DNA from: Octopus sinensis
Taxonomy: Eukaryota
DNA length: 37,184 nt
Assembly: GCF_006345805.1 (NCBI RefSeq)
Contig: NW_021836806.1
Coordinates: forward strand, 1-37,184
Reading direction: 5' to 3'
The notes below the pieces were generated by a model that saw only the letters and a list, made by a program, of their open reading frames with translations, searched no databases and was not told the origin of the DNA. Below are positions 1-12,066 of this stretch, in pieces. The stretch's first letter is position 1, and every line of letters begins with the position of its first letter. A program made the position numbers and the translations under genes.

Positions 1-110
1 GGACTCAGGAACAAGTGTCAAGGCCAACAAGAAACGGTGTTTCCTAGGGTTAAATAGCAGTAGCATTCTTCCCTTTCATGGAACTGTCACATTGAGTTGT
101 CAATATACCA

Positions 111-256
111 TCACTTTACATTATTTACATTTGACTGATATTTATCATCATCTTGTTTGTTGTTAACACAACGTTTCGGCTGGTATACCCTCCAGCCTTC
201 TTCAGGTGTCTTGGGGAAATTTCGAAACTGGGTTCTCATTCCTAAGGTATTTTTCG

Positions 257-299
<43 letters not shown>

Positions 300-386
300 C
301 ATTATTATTATTCAAGTCACGACCTAGAATTGAACTCGGTGTCTTTGGGTTAGTACTCCGCGCTCTTAACCACTACGCCATATGCC
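111..386 (-). mobile_element. tRNA-headed SINE-like element: tRNA head + (AAT)n + Penelope-like tail containing a hammerhead motif
   Basis: The minus strand reads GGCATA-TGGCGTAGTGG (A box, 380-370)...GAGTTCAATTC (B-box-like, 337-327). (AAT)n follows at 312-256, then a ~145-bp tail containing GACAC-CTGAAGA-A-GGCTGG...CCAGCC-GAAAC-GTT-GTGTT. Confidence 0.8.
165..210 (-). ncRNA. Minimal type I hammerhead ribozyme motif (dimer-type)
   Basis: Stem I GACAC/GUGUU; core CUGAAGA plus an extra A; stem II GGCUGG/CCAGCC (6 bp, 8-nt loop); GAAA; palindromic AACGUU in place of stem III; predicted GUU cleavage between 170 and 169. Confidence 0.75.
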
Positions 387-387
387 T

Positions 388-519
388 AGACACCTGATGA
401 AGGCAGGAAGGTATATCAGCCGAAACGTTGTGTTAACAACCAGCATGATGAGGACAAATATCCGTCAAATGTAAACAATGTAAATAATCTACATAATTCC
501 TCTTCTCTTAAATATAGAA
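388..519 (+). mobile_element. Second, inverted copy of the Penelope-like tail, longer at its 3' end
   Basis: 388-~490 aligns to the reverse complement of ~111-211 and continues ...ataattcctcttctcttaaatatagaac. Confidence 0.8.
389..434 (+). ncRNA. Minimal type I hammerhead ribozyme motif (dimer-type)
   Basis: GACAC CTGATGA A GGCAGG aaggtata TCAGCC GAAA C GTT GTGTT. Canonical CUGAUGA core, stem II with one A-A mismatch, AACGTT palindrome; predicted cleavage between 429 and 430. Confidence 0.72.
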
Positions 520-604
520 CAGCAGAGGAAATTTTGTCTCACAGTTTATTCTTTATAGGAAATTCGTTTTGATTTTGTGTTTACCTATAACTATTTCTGA
601 TAAT

Positions 605-688
605 GCACACACACACACACACACACACATACATACATACATACATACATACATACATACACACACACATGCACACACACACACACAG

Positions 689-719
<31 letters not shown>

Positions 720-782
720 TACATACACATGCATATATACATACACACACACACACACACACGCACACCACACACACACAGA

Positions 783-822
<40 letters not shown>

Positions 823-825
823 TAC
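605..825. repeat. (CA)n/(TACA)n compound microsatellite, probably the expanded internal microsatellite of the adjacent SINE-A
   Basis: Direct reading; it abuts the SINE-A segment exactly where intact copies carry their microsatellite. Confidence 0.9.
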
Positions 826-948
826 ATACGGAGGGCTCCCACACAGTTTCTGCCTACCAAATTCACTCATACTTATGGGTCGGCTCGAGGCTATAGTAGA
901 AGACACTTGTCCAAAGTGCCGCGCTGTGAGACTAAACTCGAAACCACC
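826..948 (-). mobile_element. SINE-A 5' half (tRNA/CORE-type SINE), degenerate
   Basis: gaggctatagtagaagacacttgtccaaagtgccgcg is the reverse complement of the CORE-like GCACCTTGGGCAAGTGTCTTCTACTATAGCC block of the intact copy at 34487. Confidence 0.85.
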
Positions 949-1064
949 TCTATCGACTCCATTTGCCAAACCGTTAAGTTACGGGGGAGTAAGTAGATCA
1001 ACACCTATTGTGAAGCGGCGAAAGGACAAACACAAAAACACAAACAAAATAACACGCGCGCGCG

Positions 1065-1118
<54 letters not shown>

Positions 1119-1280
1119 AACATGTATAATATATACGGTGGGCTTCCAACATTTTTCCGTCTGCCAAATTCACTCATAATTACTGATCAGTTCGATACTG
1201 TAGTAAAAGACTCTTGTCAGAGGTTCCGCGTAGTGGAACTGAACTCGAAACCAAGTCGCTGCCAAGTGGGTTTATTAACG
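949..1280 (-). mobile_element. SINE-A, degenerate, with internal (CA)n
   Basis: 3' part 949-1020, microsatellite 1030-1130 and 5' part 1133-1280 are colinear with the reverse complement of 34487-34894. Confidence 0.8.
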
Positions 1281-1414
1281 GCACAGTCACACCTACTGTA
1301 ACAAAAATGAAAATAAACATTTGGTCGTTCTGTATTATCCAGTTTATCACAAACCATACCGCATATATTCTAAACAATAACCGCCAGGCAATGAAGAATT
1401 TGCAGATAGCCATG

Positions 1415-1618
1415 AGACAGTCTCACTGCGCGGCACCTTGGACAAGTATCTTTTTCTGCTTTCCACGCACGCACGCACACATATATACGACAAGCTTCTT
1501 TCGGTTTCCGTCTACCACATCCATTCCCGAAGCTTTAGTTGACTCTAGACTATAGTAGAAGACACTTGCCACATCATGGCTGCAGCCTCAGGCTGAAGCA
1601 TATAAAAGAATAAAAGAA
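1415..1618. mobile_element. Rearranged SINE-A: forward head fragment, inverted middle, forward tail
   Basis: 1415-1450 is sense (cactgcgcggcaccttggacaagtatctt), 1480-1572 antisense, and 1575-1618 a sense tail (catggctgcagc...ataaaagaataaaagaatg). Confidence 0.7.
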
Positions 1619-2674
1619 TGAAAGAATATTTAGATTTACATACTTACACACACGCGCAAACACACACACTTACACATACACACTTATATATAAATTCGTT
1701 ATGTGCAACAGAAGCCTTATTAGTTCAAAATAGTCATCTATGTATGGCACTTAATGTAAATAGATCGCGAAATAGCAAATTTACTGCGGTATTCGTGCGT
1801 GATAATTTCTCTTATGGATGTTCTAAGCTTAAAATCAGAAATATTTATCAGTAACAGATGAAAATCGTCTTAGTTTGACGGTGAGAATTCTGGAGGAGTA
1901 TTTCTGCCTCATTAGGCTCCATCAGTAGTATTCACTCACTGCGAACCTCATAACACAAAGTCTATCGCTACTTAAATAGAAAACAGTAGCTGAATAATCA
2001 CTGGTGCTGCAGTTAGCCGTCCTAGATGAGTAAAACTTTGTTATAAGAAACAAAAAGGGTAGTAGACCAAAACAGCAAATTTATTGAAGTATTCTTTCTG
2101 AGATTTTATCGTTTATGTACGTACTCTGTTTAAAATCACAAATATATAAGTAACGTTCGAAAATCGTCTAGAAGCGGCGTGGACAAATACTGCAGTAGAT
2201 ATACTGCTTCACATTGTATTTACATTAAGTATGATGCACAGGTAGCTATTCTAAACTAAAACTTCATTTAACGGATTTTTATTCAACAGAATGACTAATT
2301 GCAAAAGCAGGGATTTTTTCTCAGTCACTGTTTTCCTATATAAAGAGGGATGAATTCTTGTCCCAAGATGCGGTTCACAGTGAAGTCATGTTAATGACAG
2401 AAGCCTAAAGAGGCAGGAATGCGCGTCTGGCATTCTGCTTTGAAAGAAAAGAATAAAATTCTTTATATTGAAAAGCGTAGTGCAGCACACGTTGATAGGA
2501 CAGGATAATCGTACGAGAAGATCATTGGTCATAGGTTTGCTGGATCAGGACTGACCTGGGATTATATAGAATATCTACGATAACAACACACATGACGTTT
2601 TGGTTTGATCGAATGCAAGATATTAAAGCAAATGAAACATGTAGCTTCTTTGTATTATTACTATTATGTGTAAG

Positions 2675-3268
2675 AAGGCGGCGAGATGGCAGAAATGTTA
2701 GCACACCCGGGCGAAATGCTTAGTGGTATTTCGTCTGTCATTACGTTCTGAGTTCACATTCCGCCGAGGTCGACTTTGCCTTTCATCCTTCGAGGTCGTT
2801 AAATTAAGTACCAGTTACGTACTGGGGTCGATGTAATCGACTTAATCTGTCTGCCTGTCCCTGTTTGTCTCCTCTGTGTTTAGCCCCTTGTGGGTAGTAA
2901 AGAAATAGGTATTTCGTCTGCCGTTATGTTGTGAGTTCAAATTCCGCCGAGGTCGACTTTGCCTTTCATCCTTTCGGGGTCGATAAATTAAGTACCAGTT
3001 ACGCACTGTGGTCAATATAATCGACTTAATTCGTTTGTCTGTCCTTGTTTGTCCTCTCAGTGCTTAGCCCGCTGTGGGTAATAAAGAAATAGGTATTTTG
3101 TTTGTCTTCACGTTCTGAGTTCAAATTCCGCCGAGGTTGACTTTGCTTTTCATCCTTTCGGGGTCAATAAATTAAGTACCAGTTGCATACTAGGTTTGAT
3201 CTAATTGACTGGCCCCCTCCTCCCAAATTTTGGGCCTTGTGCCTAGAGTAGAAAAGATTATTATTATT
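2675..3268 (+). mobile_element. SINE-B trimer (one tRNA head + three ~184-bp body units)
   Basis: Head aaggcggcgagatggcagaa... Body units start at GGTATTT 2725, 2908 and 3092, each with GAGTTCAAATTCCGCC (B-box-like) and GCCTTTCATCCTTTCGGGGTCGATAAATTAAGTACCAG. Confidence 0.9.
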
Positions 3269-3274
3269 GTGTAA

Positions 3275-3500
3275 GAAGGCGGTGAGCTGGCAGAAATGTT
3301 AGCACGCTGGACGAAATGCTTAGCGGTATTTCGTCTGCCGCCACGTTCTGAGTTCAAATTCTGCCGAGGTCGACTTTGCCTTTCATCCTTTCAGGGTCGA
3401 TAAATGAAGTACCAGTGAAATACTGGAATCGATGCAATCGACTGTCCCCCACCTCCCATTAAATTTTCAGGCCTTGTGCCGTTAGCAGAAAGACTTCTTA
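3275..3500 (+). mobile_element. SINE-B monomer in tandem with the trimer
   Basis: Same head and body; ends in the alternative tail (...ggccttgtgcc...gaaagac). Confidence 0.88.
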
Positions 3501-3811
3501 TCATACTGTGTGAATGTGTGCACGTGCGCGTGCGAGAGTGTGTGTGAGGGTCGGGGGGGAGAAAGAAAATGAGAATTGCTAGGTTGTGATGTTCATGCCT
3601 TTGCAAGTTTTTAATGAAGCATACTTTACATTAAAATGCAATTAAATTAAGAAACAATACAGATGACAAAGAGGAATCGAAACCCGGTCTATAAGATTCA
3701 ACTATCATGGTAACCTGACCTGGGCCTTTAAGACAACGCACAAAGAAAGCATACTCAAGAAAATCATCAATCTGTGGATGATTCTTGCCAATGGAGAAAG
3801 GACCGTTTCCT

Positions 3812-4925
3812 TATGTATGTATGTATATGTATGTATGTATGTATGTATGTATGGTTGTGTGTATGTATGTATGCAGTATGTATGTAGCATGTATGTATGT
3901 ATGTGTGTATGTATGTATGTATGTATGTATGCATGCATGTATGTATGTATGTTGTCTGTATGTGTATGCATGCATGTATGTATGATGTATGTTGTATGTG
4001 TGTATGTATGCATGTGTATGTATGTATGTATGCATGTATGTATGTATGTGGTGTATGTATGTGTGTTGTATGTATGTATGTATGTATGTATGCATGTATG
4101 TATGATGCATGTATGTATGTATGTGTGTATGTATGTATGTGTGATGTATGTAGTATATGTATTATGTATGTATTGTGTGTGTATGTATGTATGTATGTAT
4201 GTATGGTGTATGATATGTGTGTATGTATGTATGTATGTATGTAGTATGGTATGTATGCATGCATGTTATGTATGTATGTGTGTTTGTATGTATGTGTGTA
4301 TGTATGTGTGTATGTATGTATGTGTGTATGTATGATGGATGTATGTATGTATGTACGGTTATGTATGTATGTATGTATGTATGCATGTATGTATGTATGT
4401 GTGTATGTATGTATGTGGTATGTTGTATGTTGTAGTATGTATGTATGCATGTATGTATGTATGATGTTATGTGTGTGTATGTATGTATGTGTGTATGTAT
4501 GTAGTATGTATGTATGTAGTATGTATGTATGTATGTATGTATGCATGCATGTATGTATGCATGTATGTATGTATATGTGTGTGTATGTATGTATATATGT
4601 ATGTATGTATGCATGTATGTATGTATGTGTGTATGTATGTATGTGTGTATGTATTTGTGTATGTATGTATGTATGTATGTATGTATGTGTGTATGTATGT
4701 ATGTGTGTGTGTATTTGTGTATGTATGTATGTATGTATGTATGTATGCATGTATGTATGTATGCATGTATGTATGTGTGTATGTATGTATGTGTGTGTGT
4801 ATGTATGTATGTGTGTGTGTATGTATGTATGTATGTATGTATGCATGTATGTATGTATGTGTGTATGTATGTATGTATGTATGTATGTATGCATTTGTGT
4901 ATGTATGTATGTATGTGTGTATGGA
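3812..4925. repeat. ~1.1-kb (ATGT)n/(GT)n compound satellite
   Basis: Direct reading; source of the CMYV/HTYI ORFs. Confidence 0.97.
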
Positions 4926-5029
4926 TATGATAGATTGAGAGAGAGAGAGAGGGAGAAGAGAGATATGCGTTAGTATAACCATAGAGTATGAAAGGGAAGG
5001 GGAGAAAAAGATAGATTGATACATGCCTG

Positions 5030-5311
5030 TATCTGTGTGCGTGTGTATGTGTGTGTGTGTGTGTGTGTGTTGTGTGTGTTGTGTGTGTTAGAAGATGTGA
5101 GAGTGCGTGCGAGTGTGTGCGTGTATGGTGGGGCTGTGTGTGTGTGTGTGTGTGTTCAGAAGTATGTGGATGGTTTTTACATGCGGCAATTTCACGTGCT
5201 CAATACATACTCCATAACGAAGTGTGGCGGAGTTACAGAAGATGATTTTAATTATATATGTGTATATATGTGATGTGGTCAGTGTGAGTGTATCTATGCA
5301 TGCATGTGTCC

Positions 5312-5354
<43 letters not shown>

Positions 5355-5512
5355 TTCGCGCGCACGTGTCCATGCGTGTATGTGTAAGTGTGCGTGACTG
5401 AATAGAAGGCAACCCTTCACTTAATCTACGGTCTGTTTGTTGCTTTTGCGTGTGTATACATCCATACATACATACATGTATAGATACATACATACATTAC
5501 ATATATGCATGC

Positions 5513-5557
<45 letters not shown>

Positions 5558-5606
5558 TTGTTAGATAGATAGATAGATAGATAGATAGATACATACATAG
5601 ACAAAG

Positions 5607-5702
<96 letters not shown>

Positions 5703-6506
5703 GGATAGATAGATAAATAGATAGAAAGAAAGATATATGTGTATGTATGTGTGTGCCTGTGAATGTCTGTTTTTGTCGATATGTGTTTGTAGATTTTATA
5801 TATACATATATATACACACACACACACATAGACACACACGTATACCTGAAGGCATGTACGCATGTATCTTATACATACACCCACACTCACACAAACATAC
5901 TAGTACATATGGCTCGGGGCATGTACATATGCATGCATATATATATATATGTACTGTGCGTATGTATGTATACATCATACATATGTGTGCGTATCACATG
6001 GTTGAAGGCATGTCGATCAATATAGAAATAAATGCTGCATATGTGTGTGTAAGTATATACACATTCACATGCATATAGATAGATAATATCTACATGTATA
6101 TATCCACACACACACACACATATATATGTATAAACATACATATATATATGAATATATATATATATATATATGAACACACACAAACATCATGGTCCATATG
6201 TGTGCCTGAGTATAGTTCCATACTTTCCCACAGGCATGCGTGTATACATATACATATATAAAGATATATCTATATGTGCGTGTGTGTGAGTATTTATGTA
6301 TATATATATGTATATATGTGTGTGTGTATGCTCGCACTTTTACATGTCAATAGACAAACGCATACATACACATATACACATACAAACACGCACACACATA
6401 CAAATAATATTTGTGATTTCTTTCCATAGGAACCGTAAGTAGCCAGCCATTGGCTACAGCAGGCGTAACAGACACGCGCACACTCGGCGAAACACACACA
6501 CACACA

Positions 6507-6554
<48 letters not shown>

Positions 6555-7334
6555 ACATACACGCGCACACATGCAGATACGATCAGTCAGACCACAAGCA
6601 CGCACTTGCGTACGCTTACAAACACACAGACACAGCAAACATCCTGGCTAAGCACAGAATACAGTGTACGTATATACATATGCTGATATATATGGATATA
6701 TGTATATCTATGTATACACTACACTACACTACGCTTAAACTATACGGCACCGAAGCACAGCACCAGAGCACAGCACACCATACAAAACCACATAGCACCT
6801 CACAACACGTTTACTAAAGCACATCACCCGAACTCGCTCCTCCACGCAAAGCACAAAAAACCCCCAAAAGAACCCCGAACCACACGCGACCGCACATATA
6901 CGTTACATTAACAAATAACCACGCACACAAACTACACATGTACACATATATACATAGATGTATGTATGTACAAAAAAACTATGCGTATTTGTAAATGAAA
7001 TACGCTTCGAAAAGGCGTGCGTGGCTATGTGCGTGAGGATCTACAATTGTATGCATGTGTAATGTAGGATTATATGCTGTCAGAACTCAGAGCCGACCAG
7101 CTGCAGTGAGTGCAATTCTACTGTAGGATATTATATACATACATACATACATATATATATATTTATATATATTATATATTATACACACACAAACACAGAC
7201 ACACATTCCGTCTGAAGCGACACAATTCAGGACAGGATTTACTTAACTTCACTAAAGGTGAGTTGACAAACTTCGCCATCTGTCTATCTTCGATTATAAC
7301 GTCTGCTGCACCATTCTCTGTCTATCTATCTATA

Positions 7335-7409
<75 letters not shown>

Positions 7410-7413
7410 TATC

Positions 7414-7498
<85 letters not shown>

Positions 7499-7520
7499 AT
7501 CTATCTAATATCTATCTATC

Positions 7521-7606
<86 letters not shown>

Positions 7607-7643
7607 ATCTATCTATCTATCTATCTATATCTATCTATCTATC

Positions 7644-7727
<84 letters not shown>

Positions 7728-7945
7728 TTATCTAGCTTTCTGTTTTACTGTATTTCTGTCTAATTCATACATACATACTACATACATACATACACGCATA
7801 CATGCATACATATCTGTGTCTATCTATCCTTGTGTTTACACCTCTCCCCGCTTATCTGTCTACCAAAACATGTGAGCATGTGTGTATGTATGTAGTATAT
7901 ATGATGTATGTATGTATGTATGTATGTATGTATGTATATCTATAT

Positions 7946-7995
<50 letters not shown>

Positions 7996-8005
7996 TTTAC
8001 AATGC

Positions 8006-8039
<34 letters not shown>

Positions 8040-8159
8040 TATATATATATACACACCTTAAAAAAACATTGATATATTTTCTGTGCATGCGTATGTATGC
8101 ATGCTTATATTTATGTGTATTTATCTATTTTTCTACCTATTAATGTGTGTTTGTGTGTG

Positions 8160-8190
<31 letters not shown>

Positions 8191-9067
8191 ATACATATGT
8201 ATATATATTAGCGCATCATAAGTATATAGGCAGAAAGTAGAATTAAAGAGTTCTGTGTGTGAGTTGCTGAAATATGCTACTTTACGAAGAATGTCGAGAA
8301 GTGTATATACTGAGTAACGTTTTCATTTTCTCTCACACAAATAACTAAATAAACTAGCAAGTTAAAAAAAAGACGCAAAGAATGAAATAAAGAATGAGCG
8401 AACGAGTGACAGAAAGACGCATGAAGGAGAGAAAGAAAGACGGAATGAATGAATGAAGTTGTAAGGAAAACGTGTAGCGAAACAAGTTGTGTTTAACTCA
8501 ATTTCATTCAGCTCCAGGAAAGGTTTTGTTCAATTTTGGAGAAAAATATAATTGATAAATGCATGTATGTGTATATGTGTGTACGCATATAAATGCTTGC
8601 TCGCTCGTGCGTGTGTGTGTATGTGTGTATGTGTGTGCTTATGTATATATATATATATATACATAGATAGAAAAGTGATAGAAATATACTTATTCGTTTA
8701 GTTATATGCGTGTGCGTAGGTGTGTGGGTGTTTTGATTCGGAGAGTGACTGTGTATGTGTGCCTATATCTATGCATGTACGTACATATATATATGTATAT
8801 ATATATACGTGTATATAAATGTGTACATATATATGTATATGTGCACATATATATATATATGTATATATATGCATACACATAAATATATATATATATACAT
8901 ATATATGCACACACATACATATACATACATTTATATATACATATATATAGATGCAGATATGAATATGTGTATGTGTGTATGTATATATATATATATGTGT
9001 ATATGTATAAATGTGTGTGTATGTGTTGTTGTGTACACGTATATACACATCTAAGCGTTCTCTGTCA

Positions 9068-9151
<84 letters not shown>

Positions 9152-9235
9152 GTCTGTCTATCTGTATGTCCGCCTGTCTGTCTACCTATCATCTGTTTGA
9201 TATACATATATGTATGTATGTATGTATGTATGTCG

Positions 9236-9271
<36 letters not shown>

Positions 9272-9640
9272 ATGTACGTACGTATGAATGCATGTATGTG
9301 TGTATATATATATACACACGCACACATATACTTATATATATACGTATACATACATGCATACGTACACACATGCACATATACATGCTTTTTGTGAACCTCA
9401 TGTTTCACATGCACATGCATATATATATTCAGGTATATACATAGGATATACACATACACACACTCACACTGACATGTGTGTAAATAGGTTCGTATGCATG
9501 TATGTGTGTATGTGCGTGAGAATGGTGTGTGTAATTGCCTGTGTACGGATGTAAAAGAATGTGTTTGTGTGTGTGTGTGTGGTGTGTGAGCCTGTGCGTG
9601 CGATATCAGCCCATAGGTGGCCTACATGTGTTAGTGTAGC
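5030..9640. repeat. Field of compound microsatellites: (GT)n, (GA)n, (GATA)n 5561-5724, (TATC)n 7318-7735 and 9066-9150, (TA)n 7938-8054, separated by short unique islands
   Basis: Direct reading. Confidence 0.9.
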
Positions 9641-9689
9641 CAAAATTTTGGTGCGAGCGTGAGTGCTTATATCTATCTATCTATCTTTG

Positions 9690-10058
9690 GTTTTTTTATA
9701 TTTAATTTGGTTTAGTCATTAGACATTGGCCATTCTGGGGCACTGACTTGAAGAATCCTTAATTGTATGAATCAATCTTATTACTTATTCTTTTCTTTTT
9801 TTATATATATCCACTCTTTTACCGAACGGCTAAGTTATGGGGACGTGAACATACTAACACCGAGCGATAAGCGATGATGAGGGGAGAGAAACACTGACAC
9901 ATATACACACTTCATACACATAACACACTCATACACACATGTGCGCGCAGACACACACACACCACACACACATATACATTATATACGACGAGCCTTTTTC
10001 ATTTTTCGTCTACCAAACCCACTCCCAAGGCTTTGGTGGGCCCAAGACTATAGTAGAG
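9690..10058 (-). mobile_element. SINE-A, 5'-truncated and degenerate
   Basis: Colinear with the reverse complement of the intact copy from its tail to ccaagactatagtag. Confidence 0.82.
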
Positions 10059-11054
10059 AATAGAGAGAGAGAGAAAGAAAGAAAGAAAGAAAGAAGGGAA
10101 GGAAGGAAGGACGGAAGAAAGAAAGAAAGAAAAAAGAAAGAAAGAAAGAAAGAAAGAAAGAAAAGAAGAAAAGAGTGAGAGAGAGTGAGAAAGAGCGTGA
10201 TAGGAAATGCAACATGCATGGACTATGCGAAGACATGAATTTTTCCGAACAGATGTAGATAAATAGATAGATAGAAAGATAGATAGATCTATGTGTGTGG
10301 GTGTGTGCGGATGGCCAGTGTGAGACTGAGTGTGTTTATGTGTCTGTGTATGTGTGTATGTGTACATGTGCCCGTGATTGTGCGGTAAATGGTACAAACA
10401 TTTTCAATTATCTTATGTAAGCCCGTGTCTGTTTTTGTTGTTGTTGTTGTTGTTGTTGTCATCGTTGATGTCCCAGATCGGCCGTCTTCAGTAAAAAAAA
10501 AAAATCTATATTCAACAGCGTTCCTGTCATGACCAGCCCTTGTGTTTTCGACCCTTATTCTATTTCCAATGAGCCCGTTCTCCTTTCAAGATCACATGGT
10601 GGGTTTAGAGGCAGGCTGATCCATTGTTGTTAGTATTGTTTTATGGTTGTTGTTGCTGTTTAGCACCAGGCCATCCCTTAAAGGGGAAAACCCATGATCA
10701 AAAGCGTTCCAAGGGAAGCCGTCCTGTTCCTTTGGCACTTTATTGTCCAAGTGTCGGTCCTAACTTTTTAGAACACGTTGGGGGGTGATAAACAGAATAT
10801 TTCTCTAACACTTTAACGATCAGTAATCCTTATTTTGTCAATCATAATCTAGCGCTTTGGCTGTTATTTCTAGCGCCCGGTCGCGTCTGAGACACTCACT
10901 ACTCTCTTAGAGTGTTGTTATGGTACCCAAAGGTCTCAGTTTTAATTCACTGCAGGTCCATTTCGTTTGGAGTCGCACCTTGTATTCCGACCCCTCTCTT
11001 TCTTTCTCTGTTTTTCTCTTTTTCTCGCTATATATGTGTGGTGTGAGGGGGGTA

Positions 11055-11715
11055 TGTATTTATGTATGTATATATGTATGTCAATATGTATGTATGTACG
11101 TACGTACGCATGTATATATGTATGCATGTATGTATGTATGTATGTATTATGTATGTATGTATGTATTTATGTATTATGTATGTATGTGTCTGTGTACACA
11201 TGTATGTATGTATGTATGTATGTATTATGTATGTATGTATTATGTATGTATTATGTATGTATGTATGTATGTATGTATGTATGTACGTACGTATGTATGT
11301 ATGTATGTATGTATGTATGTATGTATGTATGTATGTATATATTACGTATGTATGTATGTATTATGTATGTATGTATGTATTTATGTATTATGTATGTATG
11401 TGTCTGTGTACACATGTATGTATGTATGCATGTATGTATGTATGTATGTATGTATGTATGTATGTATGTATGTATGTATGTGTGTGTGTATGTATGTATG
11501 TATGTATGTATGTATGTATGTAGGCATGTATGTATGTGTGTGTGTATGTATGTATGTATGTATGCATGTATGTATGTATGCATGTATGTATGTATGTATG
11601 TATGTATGTATGTATGCATGTATGTATGTATGCATGTATGTATGTATGTATGTATGTGTGTATGTATGTATGTATGTATGTATGTATGTATGTATGTATG
11701 CATGTATATGTGTAT
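11055..11715. repeat. (ATGT)n compound satellite with an internal ~214-bp higher-order duplication
   Basis: The marker gtgtctgtgtacacatg occurs at 11186 and 11400. Confidence 0.93.
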
Positions 11716-11854
11716 GTGTAACATGTCTGTTCACAACCGCATATTTTCCACATTTTTTTCTATTATTGAATAACAATATGTGTATCTTTGCGTATGTGTG
11801 TGTGTGTGTGCCAGTGATTGTGCGTATGTGTGTGTCAGTGAGTGTGTGCATGTA

Positions 11855-11896
<42 letters not shown>

Positions 11897-12015
11897 CGAT
11901 AAGCAGACTCTTTCAACCTCTCTCTCTCTCTCATTCACTTAAATACATTCTCCCTATCTCACTTTCTCCATCACTCTTTCACACACCTACATATCCCACC
12001 CTTCATTCCCACTTT

Positions 12016-12066
<51 letters not shown>

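Noticed and set aside
313-386. Possible tRNA gene
   Set aside because: A and B boxes are present, but the acceptor and anticodon stems do not close and the segment continues into a retroposon tail. It is treated as a SINE head, as are the other tRNA-like heads.
2725-3268. CRISPR-like or satellite array
   Set aside because: The units are ~184-bp SINE bodies without unique spacers, in a eukaryotic context with no cas genes.
5150-5260. Unique island with open frames (KYVDGFYMRQF... / WFLHAAISRAQY...)
   Set aside because: No pyrimidine tract, no convincing donor and no recognisable homology.
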